From Thermoplasmatota archaeon (GTDB taxonomy: Archaea; Thermoplasmatota; Poseidoniia; Poseidoniales; Thalassarchaeaceae): a DNA stretch of 61,061 bases. Location of the stretch: the NCBI GenBank assembly GCA_036154155.1, contig JAYZLP010000002.1:1-61061 (forward strand). The letters are read 5' to 3'. Position numbers and translations under genes: made by a program. The notes beneath the pieces are model-generated. The model saw only the letters and a program-made list of their open reading frames with translations, ran no database searches and was not told the DNA's origin. Shown one piece after another: positions 9,253 through 18,249 of this stretch. Every line of letters starts with the position of its first letter. Positions within the stretch are counted from its first letter, which is position 1.

Positions 9253-10215
9253 CTAATCAGCGCCCTTCCGACTGCCAATTGCAGCCAATAAGACCAGGGA
9301 AACAGTCAACATTGGGCCCATGAAGGGCAGATTGGAACTAACTATCTCGACAGTGTCTTCCGGGCCCTCGGTCTCATCTGGCTCTTCTTGATCGGCAGGA
9401 GGTGGTTCTATGGTGATCCTCGCCTCATCTTCTGATATCTCAGATCCCCCTGAGTTCGTCGCCCCGTTTGAGGAAATTATGACTTCAACATCACAGTTTC
9501 TTTGCGGGTGACTTTGTGAGGCGGTGATCAAGATGTTGGCACTCGATGACTGTCCCGATTGTATGTCCCTTGTAGTCAGAATTTCCAGGCCATTGTCGGT
9601 CGAAAGCAGTGGGCAGTTGTCAGACACTTCAACCGACCCAACCCTGTCAACCACATTTCCAAGATTGCTAACCGTAACCTGGAGGCTCATTTCTGAACCT
9701 GAGTTCATCGGGCCAACTGGATCAGAAATGTCAACCTCCAATGAGTAAACTCGAGGAATCTGAAGCTCTCCCGAGGCCTCCTTAGTCTCTGGTAGTGGCT
9801 GCGGTATTGAGGCCCTAGAAACCAAAGTTACCGAGATTGTGAAATCTTCTTTGCTGTCTGCCTGATATGCCCAAACGTCTATTCCGCTAATCACGAGAGT
9901 GAAGGTCTTGTTCCCTCCCGCCGCGATATTCTCGGATTCAGGTCCGTCACCCTCTCCATCGAATGGTATTTCATATCCGAACTCAACAGTTATTGGGAGC
10001 AATTCGTCGTTGTAAACGAAGAATTCTACGGAAACCGAACCGTCTTCCCTGACTTGGAATGGATTGCTGTCATCGTCCTGTGGAAATTCGATCCCCACGT
10101 CCCACCCACCGATCTGCGACTGGACAGGGAATGAAGCAACAAGTAGGGAGACAATCGAGACCATGGCAGCCCAAGAGTACCTGTTCACTTGGAATCCTCC
10201 AGCAAACCAGAGCAT
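9253..10215 (-). CDS. Secreted acidic protein with Ig/CARDB-like repeats and a C-terminal TM anchor
   Basis: Signal-like N-terminus (AAMVSIVSLLVASFPVQSQ). Beta-rich repeats (VTVSNLGNVVDRVGSVEVSD). The C-terminus is LPFMGPMLTVSLVLLAAIGSRKGAD, a helix followed by a basic tail. Confidence 0.6.
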   Translation of the reverse strand: MLWFAGGFQVNRYSWAAMVSIVSLLVASFPVQSQIGGWDVGIEFPQDDDSNPFQVREDGSVSVEFFVYNDELLPITVEFGYEIPFDGEGDGPESENIAAGGNKTFTLVISGIDVWAYQADSKEDFTISVTLVSRASIPQPLPETKEASGELQIPRVYSLEVDISDPVGPMNSGSEMSLQVTVSNLGNVVDRVGSVEVSDNCPLLSTDNGLEILTTRDIQSGQSSSANILITASQSHPQRNCDVEVIISSNGATNSGGSEISEDEARITIEPPPADQEEPDETEGPEDTVEIVSSNLPFMGPMLTVSLVLLAAIGSRKGAD

Positions 10216-11171
10216 GCCCGCCTTGTTAAGACCTTGACCATCTTACGTCTGTAGGACGGCGGGAACCAAGTATTTAGGACAGGCTTCACCGATTTTCTTA
10301 CCGACTCGGCAAGCAATTCGACACTTTCCTCTCCGTTCCAGTCGTCCAAAACCAGCCGCGACTCTTCTTCATGGTAGCCTGGAACCGACTCCAACCCAGT
10401 AGTTGCCACTCTCAGATCAGAAACATCGCTCCCAGTTTTCTTCCAGGCCACTGCCACACCTGCCTCTGGGAAGTCCCAACTTTCACGCTGCCTCAGTTTC
10501 TGGTAATCACCGTGCCATTCCGACACGTCATCCGGTAGGGTGACATGAGTGACAATCTCTCCCTCTCGGAGGACATTCCTGGTCATTCCATCTAGTTGGA
10601 AGAAATCGCCCATGGGCATTGACCTCTCCCCGTCCTTGGATGCCAGATGAATGGTCGCCCCCAAGCACATCAATGAGGGGGCCAAATCAGCTTGATATGT
10701 AGCCACGCATAGGGTATTCTGATTGGGGATCACCCTACAGTCGGCATCGGTGCCACAATCGCATTTGTGACACCAGTCGATAGATTCACGCCAATCCTCA
10801 GTCTGGTTGAACCAGAAACACCTGGTGTCCAAACATAGGTTACCTCCTACTGTTGCAGAGCGGCGAATCAAGGTGCTAGCCACAGATTCTGCTGCTGCCC
10901 TGACAATGGCGTGGGTATTTTCGGACTCAGCCAAGTCATGTAGTCTAACCATCGCCCCAATGTGGGTGTCAGTAAGCAGTGTTAGTTCACTTACTCCCGC
11001 TAGGGAAATCACGTCGGATTTCACATTCAGGTGCCATTTGTAGTTTGGAAGCAGGTCAGTTCCTCCGGCCACCCAATCGAACTCTCTGTTGGAACTACTC
11101 AACCCATCAGCTATGGAAAACGCCTCCTCCAGGCTTTTTGGACTATGCAACTGGAAGGGGGGCATCTTCAT
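10185..11171 (-). CDS. Molybdenum hydroxylase, FAD-binding medium subunit (CoxM/XdhB-like)
   Basis: The N-terminus FQLHSPKSLEEAF...DWVAGGTDLLPNYKWHL is typical of the FAD_binding_5 domain. ATGA overlap with the large-subunit stop. Confidence 0.85.
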   Translation of the reverse strand: MKMPPFQLHSPKSLEEAFSIADGLSSSNREFDWVAGGTDLLPNYKWHLNVKSDVISLAGVSELTLLTDTHIGAMVRLHDLAESENTHAIVRAAAESVASTLIRRSATVGGNLCLDTRCFWFNQTEDWRESIDWCHKCDCGTDADCRVIPNQNTLCVATYQADLAPSLMCLGATIHLASKDGERSMPMGDFFQLDGMTRNVLREGEIVTHVTLPDDVSEWHGDYQKLRQRESWDFPEAGVAVAWKKTGSDVSDLRVATTGLESVPGYHEEESRLVLDDWNGEESVELLAESVRKSVKPVLNTWFPPSYRRKMVKVLTRRACSGLLEDSK

Positions 11172-13924
11172 TGCGAATCGCCTCTCTTTCTACGTTCGAT
11201 ATGCTTCCATGCGCTTCCGGCTAGTCCAGGACTTTCGAGGTATTCTTCAGAAGGGGTAACCACTGCAGTCCATCTCGAGTCCTGCTCATCCCCGGGGACC
11301 TCCGGATCTAGGCCAAATAGTGCCCCATTGTGATAGGGCGAAGGGTCCTTCTCCCTCCTCCTTTCAATATCCCTCTCGGAATGAGACTTCCCCCTTTCGA
11401 CGATTCTTTCTTGGAGCTCGGAGTGTGAGATTCTGGGCGGTTTCATTTTTGTCGGACTGGAAACCCCATCCTTCCTGCACTTCTTTTCAATCGCTTTGTA
11501 TAGCCTATCTGGTGAAATGGGGAGCTCACTGACCCTAACCCCAGTTGCATCGTAAACAGCATTGACTACGGCTGGAAGGATCGGCAGAAGGGGCCCCTCG
11601 CCGGCTTCCTTGGCTCCAAATGGCCCCTCAGGATCGTTCGACTCAACGATTATTGGGAAAACTTGGGGCATTTCATGAACTGTGGGGATCTTGTAGTCTA
11701 GCAAATCAGGATTGATCAGATGACCAGTCCTTCCGTACCTCATCTCTTCGCTAAGTACCTGGCCCATCCCCATATGGCATGAGCCAATTATTTGCCCCTC
11801 CACAGACAGAGGATTGAGGGCCTTCCCGCAGTCATGCGCGGCCCAAACCTTCAGGACCTTGGTTTGACCCGTTTCTACATCCACCTCGACTTCCGCGACA
11901 TATGCAGAAAACGAGTAAGCTGGAGCGAGACCGGCAGCAGCGCCCTTGTGGACCCTCCCCATGGGAGGGGTTCTGTATGAGCCAGATGAGACCAACGCCC
12001 CCCTGTCCTCTTGGGATTTGTGCAACGCCTCAAGATAGGAAACCCCAACAGCCGGGTCGTCCTTCCTGAATATCCTCCTGTCCCCAATTACCAGCTTTTT
12101 CTCAGGAGAACCTGTTATCTCCGAAGTCGCTTTGATTAACTCAGCTCTAATTTCCATGGCAGCAGAGATAGCCGCGTTTGCGTTCATGAATGTAACACGG
12201 GATGAGTATGAACCAAGATCCACGGGGGAAGTATCAGTCTCCCTGCTTCTGACCCTTATCATGTCCAAAGGCAGTCCCAGAACTTCGGCGACGGATTGTG
12301 CGACCACAGTGTCGGACCCCTGGCCGATGTCAGCCGCACCAGTGTGGATAGTTACGCCCCCGTCCATGTCTATCTTCAGATGAACAGTGGCATGGGGGAA
12401 TTTGTTTGGGTCCCAGTGTATGGGGAGCCCACTGCCTGAGATGAAGAATCCACAGCCAACTCCTATTCCCCTCCCTAATGGCATCTTGCGGAATTTCTCA
12501 TCCCATCCGGAGGCCTCTCGGACCTTCTCAAGGCATTCCCTCATGCCGATACTAGTAACCCTGAAGCCAGTAATTGTAGAGCTATGCGGAGGTAGGAGAT
12601 TGGCCAGCCTGAAGTCAATAGGGTCCACATTCAATTGCTCACAAATGTCATCCAATCCGACCTCCACTGCACATCTCGAATTTACAGCTCCGTGCCCCCT
12701 CATTGCCCCACTCGCAGGTTTGTTTGTCCAGACTCTGGCACCCGTGTAGTGAAACCCTCCAATCTCATAGGGCGCTGTGTGCAGAACCCCATTGTAGTAG
12801 GTAGTAACGTGTCCGAAGGAAGCAAAGGCCCCCCCGTCAATTAGAGCATCCGTCTCAATCCCTGAAATCCTCCCTTCGCTATCGGAGTGTATCGACATCC
12901 CTATTCTGGAAGGATGACGCCCTCGATTTACCCAGAAGACCTCCTCCCTGTCGAAGTTTATCCTAACGGGCTTCCCAGTTTTCCTTGCTAGGATGGCCGC
13001 GCACATTTCATGAGGAAAAGGGTCCGATTTACCACCAAAACCGCCTCCCACAAAGGTTCTGAAAACGTTGATTTGGTGCATTGGAACTTCCAGGACGTCA
13101 GCAAGAGCCCTGTGGAGGTAGTGAGGAACCTGCTGAGGGGTGTATAGCGTGAGCCTTCCCGATGGATCCCAATGAGCGACAACTGCATGTGGTTCCGTGA
13201 AGCCATGATTGGCCCCAGCGAACAGCCAATCGGAGCTATGACTAGCCATAGAGTCCCTCATGTCCTCAACATTTCCGAACTCTTGGAACACCCTCTTCTG
13301 GACGTTCGACTCACCGATGTGGTACTTCCCCCTGTCGTGAATCGGCAATTCGGAGTCCTCCAAACCGTCTCTCATATCATGAATACTATCCAGTACCTCG
13401 TATTCCACCTCTACGAGCCTACATGCCTCCCTTGCAGAGGCCTCGTCCACTGCAGCAACGCAGGCAACCAAGTCCCCTACATGCCTGACCTTATCTTGAG
13501 CCATGGCATGCTCGTCCTTCGTCACCGGCAAAACACCAAACGCACTCGTCGCGTCTTGTCCGGTGGCTACCGCCAGCACCCCCGGCAACTCCAATGCCTT
13601 GCTAGCATCAATTGACAAAACTCTAGCATAGTGGTGGGGGCTCCTGATGATTCTCCCGACCAACTCGCCAGGAAGTCTGATGTCGTCCCCATACTGGGCC
13701 TGTCCTGTAACCTTCCATCGACTATCTACCAATGCGGTAGGCTTCCCAATGACCCTGCCACTGACTATTTCGTCATGTCTGTGACCTCCCCATGGTTGAG
13801 CCTTCGATCCGCCTTGGCTTTCCGGTATCGATGATTCGTCCCGGGGTTCGCTGAATTGGTTCTTGCCCCCTGATCCGGGCTTGGAAAAGGGCAATTTGCC
13901 CGGTTGTTGCCTATATCCAACCAT
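11168..13924 (-). CDS. Molybdopterin-dependent oxidoreductase large subunit (aldehyde oxidase / xanthine dehydrogenase family)
   Basis: GKPTALVDSRWKVTGQAQYGDD, GGGFGGKSD, GAMRGHGAVN and EAGEGPLLP motifs. ATG 13924 was chosen because it lies after the small-subunit stop; the longest ORF reaches 14017. Carries N- and C-terminal low-complexity extensions. Confidence 0.9.
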   Translation of the reverse strand: MVGYRQQPGKLPFSKPGSGGKNQFSEPRDESSIPESQGGSKAQPWGGHRHDEIVSGRVIGKPTALVDSRWKVTGQAQYGDDIRLPGELVGRIIRSPHHYARVLSIDASKALELPGVLAVATGQDATSAFGVLPVTKDEHAMAQDKVRHVGDLVACVAAVDEASAREACRLVEVEYEVLDSIHDMRDGLEDSELPIHDRGKYHIGESNVQKRVFQEFGNVEDMRDSMASHSSDWLFAGANHGFTEPHAVVAHWDPSGRLTLYTPQQVPHYLHRALADVLEVPMHQINVFRTFVGGGFGGKSDPFPHEMCAAILARKTGKPVRINFDREEVFWVNRGRHPSRIGMSIHSDSEGRISGIETDALIDGGAFASFGHVTTYYNGVLHTAPYEIGGFHYTGARVWTNKPASGAMRGHGAVNSRCAVEVGLDDICEQLNVDPIDFRLANLLPPHSSTITGFRVTSIGMRECLEKVREASGWDEKFRKMPLGRGIGVGCGFFISGSGLPIHWDPNKFPHATVHLKIDMDGGVTIHTGAADIGQGSDTVVAQSVAEVLGLPLDMIRVRSRETDTSPVDLGSYSSRVTFMNANAAISAAMEIRAELIKATSEITGSPEKKLVIGDRRIFRKDDPAVGVSYLEALHKSQEDRGALVSSGSYRTPPMGRVHKGAAAGLAPAYSFSAYVAEVEVDVETGQTKVLKVWAAHDCGKALNPLSVEGQIIGSCHMGMGQVLSEEMRYGRTGHLINPDLLDYKIPTVHEMPQVFPIIVESNDPEGPFGAKEAGEGPLLPILPAVVNAVYDATGVRVSELPISPDRLYKAIEKKCRKDGVSSPTKMKPPRISHSELQERIVERGKSHSERDIERRREKDPSPYHNGALFGLDPEVPGDEQDSRWTAVVTPSEEYLESPGLAGSAWKHIERRKRGDSQ

Positions 13925-13952
13925 CTCATCAGAGTCTTCTTCGCCCAATTTC

Positions 13953-14519
13953 TCACCCCGCAAATCCTGGATGCGGATCACTCTTTGGATCTGTGGAATC
14001 ATCCACATTTGCCCCATTGCAGAGAATGTTTGAGGCTTCTTTGACAGAGTCCACTATCTGTTGGTAGCCGGTGCACCTGCACAGATTCCCTTCAATCGCA
14101 GATTTTATTTCACCCTCACTCGGCTCAGGATTTTCACCAAGTAAGGCTGAGATTACAACAAGAAATCCCGGTGTGCAGAATCCACATTGACTGCCTCCGC
14201 ATTCGGTGAAAGTTTGCTGGATCGGATGGAGATGATGCCCATCAGAAAGCCCTTCCACAGTGGTTATTTCACATCCATTGGCTTCCTGAGCCAGCATTAG
14301 GCAGGACAACCTGGGGGAACCGTCAACGAGTACAGAGCAGCATCCGCAAGTACCCATATCGCATCCTCTCTTAGTTCCAAGAATTCCCAAACTGTCGCGA
14401 AGAACATCGAGCAATATTGCATTGCTTTCCAGCCTAGTTGAAACGGCGTTTCCGTTCACGGACGCGCCCCAATCAACCTCATCTGAGGGAGGGAGCATAG
14501 GCAGCCTGTACTGGACCAT
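13953..14519 (-). CDS. Molybdenum hydroxylase [2Fe-2S] small subunit (CoxS/XdhC-iron-sulfur type)
   Basis: Both cluster motifs are present: CDMGTCGCCSV...C and QCGFCTPG...CRCTGY. Confidence 0.92.
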   Translation of the reverse strand: MVQYRLPMLPPSDEVDWGASVNGNAVSTRLESNAILLDVLRDSLGILGTKRGCDMGTCGCCSVLVDGSPRLSCLMLAQEANGCEITTVEGLSDGHHLHPIQQTFTECGGSQCGFCTPGFLVVISALLGENPEPSEGEIKSAIEGNLCRCTGYQQIVDSVKEASNILCNGANVDDSTDPKSDPHPGFAG

Positions 14520-14561
14520 GGTACCACAACCAAGGCCACTCGCACCTTGAGCATTGGGGTC

Positions 14562-14580
14562 TTGACCCCATAGGGGTCAA
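14562..14580. promoter_or_regulatory. Perfect 19-bp palindrome TTGACCCC-ATA-GGGGTCAA between the HTH_10 regulator and the Mo-hydroxylase operon
   Basis: Read directly from the sequence. It abuts the regulator stop codon (14581) and lies 43-61 nt upstream of the small-subunit ATG (14519). An extra GGGGTC at 14556-14561 allows an alternative pairing. Confidence 0.35.
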
Positions 14581-15225
14581 TCAAAGGTCCTCTCTCACCT
14601 TTTTCATGATCTCGTACTCTGCTCTTTTGATGTGCTCTCCCAATGTGCTTCTTGCCATATCTAGCTCATCGGCTATGTCCTTCAGCTTAACATTGGAATT
14701 GGGGTCGTAGTAACCCATTTTTATTGCCAGCGAAATAACCTCTCGCTGCCTTTCAGTAAGGTCACTAGTCCATCCATTAGTTTCGTTTTCGCGTATCGAA
14801 TGCACACTGATTTTGTCAGGTGGCATCACCATTCTGAGAAGAGAGACAAACCTGCGAATGGATCCTGAAAGGCCAGACATCCGCATCTCCATCCCCCTTT
14901 CGGAGTCTATCCCATAGGGGGGTTGTACGTGTATATTGGAGAGCTCTATTGCCGATTTTGCGAAGGGGTGGGTACAAAGTAGACTGACTACAATTACCCC
15001 ATCGTCCTCTTCGTGTATTTCTATCACTTCGAGCCATTCTATGCTAGAAATTTCTTCGAGCTCCTTTCCCTCACGGAGTCTTATTTCCGCTAATTGGACT
15101 ACCCCATCTTCCCTGACTGCCAAATGCCCCAATACTTCGACACTATCCACTATCTCCAGAATTCTAGATACGTCCTTCGATCCTCTCAGAGAGGAGATAT
15201 TCCACCTTAGCGATACTCTCCTCAT
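14581..15225 (-). CDS. HTH_10 (bacterio-opsin activator-type) transcriptional regulator
   Basis: The C-terminal LTERQREVISLAIKMGYYDPNSNVKLKDIADELDMARSTLGEHIKRAE is the archaeal HTH_10 DNA-binding domain. Confidence 0.8.
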   Translation of the reverse strand: MRRVSLRWNISSLRGSKDVSRILEIVDSVEVLGHLAVREDGVVQLAEIRLREGKELEEISSIEWLEVIEIHEEDDGVIVVSLLCTHPFAKSAIELSNIHVQPPYGIDSERGMEMRMSGLSGSIRRFVSLLRMVMPPDKISVHSIRENETNGWTSDLTERQREVISLAIKMGYYDPNSNVKLKDIADELDMARSTLGEHIKRAEYEIMKKVREDL

Positions 15226-15280
15226 GATGACTCCAAACCTATCGGTCTATTGAACACAGCGGAGTTCACCGAAACTTGAG

Positions 15281-16501
15281 TCATCCCCAGTATGCCTCTC
15301 TGATGGCTTGATTCGCTTCCATGCACATTACAACATCACCGGGCCGGGAAGGCATTGTTGCCGTGCCATTGAGGTGCTCTATAATTGGCTCAACATTGCT
15401 CTCATTGACAACGCCCCAACCAACCTGGGTACACGGTGCCACTGGTGAAATTGGGGTCGTTCCCGATAAGGGGTCCCACGTATTGAACGAGGGATACCAG
15501 CCAGATAGGTTCAACGCATCCCGCAGATCGTCATTGGTGAGGGAAAAATTGGTCCCGTTTACTAGCAGACCACCTCTTACTTCTGGATCAGCTCCAGATG
15601 ACATGTCTCCGAACTCATGCCTTAGCGACATCAGAACCTTGGATAGAAGGCCAGCGGTTCTAGGGGTGGCGAAAGAAGTCCCGGAAGTCTCGTGATAACC
15701 ATCGATGTCATCATGGTTGGGCAGAACCTGTGTCCAGTCCGCAGCCATATCTGGGTAGGAGCCGCTCATGGTCTCCTTCTGGTCATCGCCCTCTTCGGCA
15801 TAGCCGGAGACGCCGATACTCCATGGCGGCCCTGCAGTAGGGTCCTGCACAGCAGGTGAGGGAGTGTTGTCAGAAGCACCTGTGTGGACTTTCTTGTTCT
15901 TAACCACAGCTACCTTTGTTGCATCCTCGATGCCGGGAACTGGGATGGAACCTATCGGGCCGAAGCTGGTTGTGATGATGTCCACAAGTGGCTGGTTTGC
16001 AGCAGCTAGAACAGCAGCATCACTGAAACCCTCTACGAAGAATATAACAGCGTTAGGATTAGCATTGATCACCGATCCAGTTACTGCAGTTCCATGCCCG
16101 TCTTGGGGGTCATCTAGAATCGGAATGTCGGTGTTGTCATCAGGCGTTGTGCCGATTATTCGGGTACCTCTGAACCAGACGATATTCTCTGATGTTATGT
16201 TGTCCCAGCAGGTATCCTTGTCGGCCTCGTACCTCTCCTGCCAGGTCCCGACCAGAGTGACATCACAGACCTTGTTTACCCCAAGGCCGTCAAGCAGCCA
16301 TTGAGGGTAAGCCTCATCCATCCTGAAGTGATCGTGGTATACATTGATCCCTGTGTCTATTGGAGCCACAACTGAGAATGATCCAAACTCTTCAGTCGGA
16401 GCCTCATCAACTGGCCCTTCCTCTCCCTCTTCCCAGAAAATACACCCGCTAATGCTGCTAGAGAGGAACAGGATTGCCATGGCCAAGGTTCCACTCCTCA
16501 T
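15281..16501 (-). CDS. Secreted subtilisin-like serine protease (S8), predicted lipoprotein
   Basis: Catalytic motifs DTGINV (Asp), DGHGTAVTGS (His) and SGTSFATPRTAG (Ser). The signal peptide ends in a lipobox-like SISGC. Confidence 0.85.
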   Translation of the reverse strand: MRSGTLAMAILFLSSSISGCIFWEEGEEGPVDEAPTEEFGSFSVVAPIDTGINVYHDHFRMDEAYPQWLLDGLGVNKVCDVTLVGTWQERYEADKDTCWDNITSENIVWFRGTRIIGTTPDDNTDIPILDDPQDGHGTAVTGSVINANPNAVIFFVEGFSDAAVLAAANQPLVDIITTSFGPIGSIPVPGIEDATKVAVVKNKKVHTGASDNTPSPAVQDPTAGPPWSIGVSGYAEEGDDQKETMSGSYPDMAADWTQVLPNHDDIDGYHETSGTSFATPRTAGLLSKVLMSLRHEFGDMSSGADPEVRGGLLVNGTNFSLTNDDLRDALNLSGWYPSFNTWDPLSGTTPISPVAPCTQVGWGVVNESNVEPIIEHLNGTATMPSRPGDVVMCMEANQAIREAYWG

Positions 16502-16526
16502 GCCCCTCGGTCAAGACGTGCCGATT

Positions 16527-17369
16527 TCAGTCTTCGTCTGAATTGGGCATTCTTTCCATCGCGAGAATCTCAGCACAAATGGCTACAGCAATCTCCTCTG
16601 GGGAGTCAGCACCAATGTCCAGGCCTATTGGGCACCTCGCGCTCGAAAGCTCCATCTCATCGATCCCGGACTTTATTGCCGCATCTCTGAAACCTTTCCA
16701 CTTGTTTGTTGATCCGATAACGCCAATCCTGGCCGAGCCATCGGAATTCCTCTTTAGACAGCCGATTAGGAACTCCTGGTCTACCTCCCAGTCATGACCC
16801 AGAATTAGCACGTCTGTGAATCTCGAAATTGATTTTCCCCCTCCCGATTCAAAGAATTCAGAAACAGGACCGCTGTGAATCTCCTCCGCGAAGGGATACC
16901 TGTCATCATTGGCAAACTCCTTTCTAACATCGAAAACGCTGTGTTTCCAGCCAAGAGTATCGCATACTATGGCAACCGATCTTCCAACATGCCCTCCTCC
17001 TGAGATGAGTATGTGTGGCACCGGTTCAACAACCTCCATTGCAACCGTTACACGGCCACCGCAAAGGCTGTCAAGGGCCACTGCCTCTTTTCCCTTGCCG
17101 TCCTTGTGGAGTATGAATGTCTCAACACGACCTCCAATTTTACGCGTTTCTGAAGCAGAAACCTGTAACAAATCACGAAGAGCATTTTCCACCATCATCT
17201 CAAGACCTGCTCCCCCGACGGTCCCAAATTTTGTTCCATCGGAAGAAACCGCCAATCTTGCGCCCGGCTTCCCGGGAACACTTCCACTCGCACTAATCAC
17301 AGAGGCCATGGCGACCCTTTCTCCTGCATCCACTCTCTCGACAACCCATGCGAGAACCGTGCGCGACAT
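16527..17369 (-). CDS. XdhC/CoxI-family molybdenum-cofactor insertion accessory protein
   Basis: N-terminal VAMASVISASGSVPGKPGARLAV plus a Rossmann-like ILISGGGHVGRSVA. ATG 17369 was chosen; the longest ORF begins at GTG 17393. Confidence 0.8.
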   Translation of the reverse strand: MSRTVLAWVVERVDAGERVAMASVISASGSVPGKPGARLAVSSDGTKFGTVGGAGLEMMVENALRDLLQVSASETRKIGGRVETFILHKDGKGKEAVALDSLCGGRVTVAMEVVEPVPHILISGGGHVGRSVAIVCDTLGWKHSVFDVRKEFANDDRYPFAEEIHSGPVSEFFESGGGKSISRFTDVLILGHDWEVDQEFLIGCLKRNSDGSARIGVIGSTNKWKGFRDAAIKSGIDEMELSSARCPIGLDIGADSPEEIAVAICAEILAMERMPNSDED

Positions 17370-17408
17370 GGCACCGGGAGACGCTCCGAACACTTTGGGA
17401 TTGCGCTA

Positions 17409-18218
17409 CTACCCAAGGGCCACATCAAGAACCATCATTATGGTAAATCCGATCATCAGGCCCATGGTGGCAATGTCTCCATTCTTCCCCCTATGTGCTT
17501 CGGGGACTAGCTCTTCGACGACGACGAAAATCATCGCACCAGCAGCGAACGCCAGGGCATAGGGAAGAATGGGGGTCATGTAGATTATTGCCGCTGCCCC
17601 TATGACGGCTGAAATAGGCTCGACTAGTGCAGACAACTGGCCCCACCAGAAACTCTCTTTCCTCGAAAGCCCCTCTCTCCTCAGTGGAACGGAAACTGCC
17701 GCACCTTCTGGAAAGTTCTGGATTCCGATTCCAATTGAAAGTGCGATTGCAGCCCCTATTCCGTCACCGGAAGCTGCTGCACCAAAGGCAACCCCCACAG
17801 CCAAACCCTCGGGTATGTTGTGGAGTGTTATGGCCGAAATGAGGAGCTTGCTCCTATGCCACGTTGTCTTGACCCCCTCAACCTCCTCAGGAGGCGCCCC
17901 TGGGTGGAGGTGCGGCAGGTATGCATCGATCAGCCTCATCCCCGCTCCCCCTAGGATGAAACCAAATGCAGCGGGCAAAACCTTCTCCAGACCTTCCCCT
18001 GGAGTCTGATCTATTGCTGGGCCCAATAGGCCGAAGCAACTCGCAGCAATCATCACACCAGCGGCGAAACCAAGCATCCCATCCAGCATCTTGCGATCAA
18101 TTTCCGCGAAGAAGAAAACCAAACCCGCGCCAGCTGCGGTCATGAACCAGGTGAAAAGGCCGGCAATAAACGCCTGTAGTATTGGGTCTAGTCCCTCTAG
18201 AGTTCCAATGACATCCAT
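17409..18218 (-). CDS. zupT: ZIP-family divalent metal (Zn2+) transporter
   Basis: HNIPEGLAVGVAFG and GIQNFPEGAAVS are paired ZIP signatures. About 8 TM helices. Confidence 0.88.
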   Translation of the reverse strand: MDVIGTLEGLDPILQAFIAGLFTWFMTAAGAGLVFFFAEIDRKMLDGMLGFAAGVMIAASCFGLLGPAIDQTPGEGLEKVLPAAFGFILGGAGMRLIDAYLPHLHPGAPPEEVEGVKTTWHRSKLLISAITLHNIPEGLAVGVAFGAAASGDGIGAAIALSIGIGIQNFPEGAAVSVPLRREGLSRKESFWWGQLSALVEPISAVIGAAAIIYMTPILPYALAFAAGAMIFVVVEELVPEAHRGKNGDIATMGLMIGFTIMMVLDVALG

Positions 18219-18249
18219 GCCTCTTCGCCACCCTCCACGCTCATAGGAT

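Noticed and set aside
13925-14017. Upstream extension of the large-subunit ORF (start at 14017)
   Set aside because: It would overlap the small-subunit gene by 65 nt. ATG 13924, downstream of the small-subunit stop, gives a conventional arrangement. The alternative is not excluded.
10185-14519. Possible aerobic CO dehydrogenase (coxSLM)
   Set aside because: The subunit organisation fits, but I could not find the CODH active-site loop signatures in the large subunit. It was therefore called only as a generic xanthine dehydrogenase/aldehyde oxidase-family enzyme.
16909-17562. 217-aa ORF on the plus strand
   Set aside because: It is antisense to the XdhC and ZIP transporter genes. Composition is Ser/Thr/Pro/Ala-rich with no motifs, so it is a shadow ORF.
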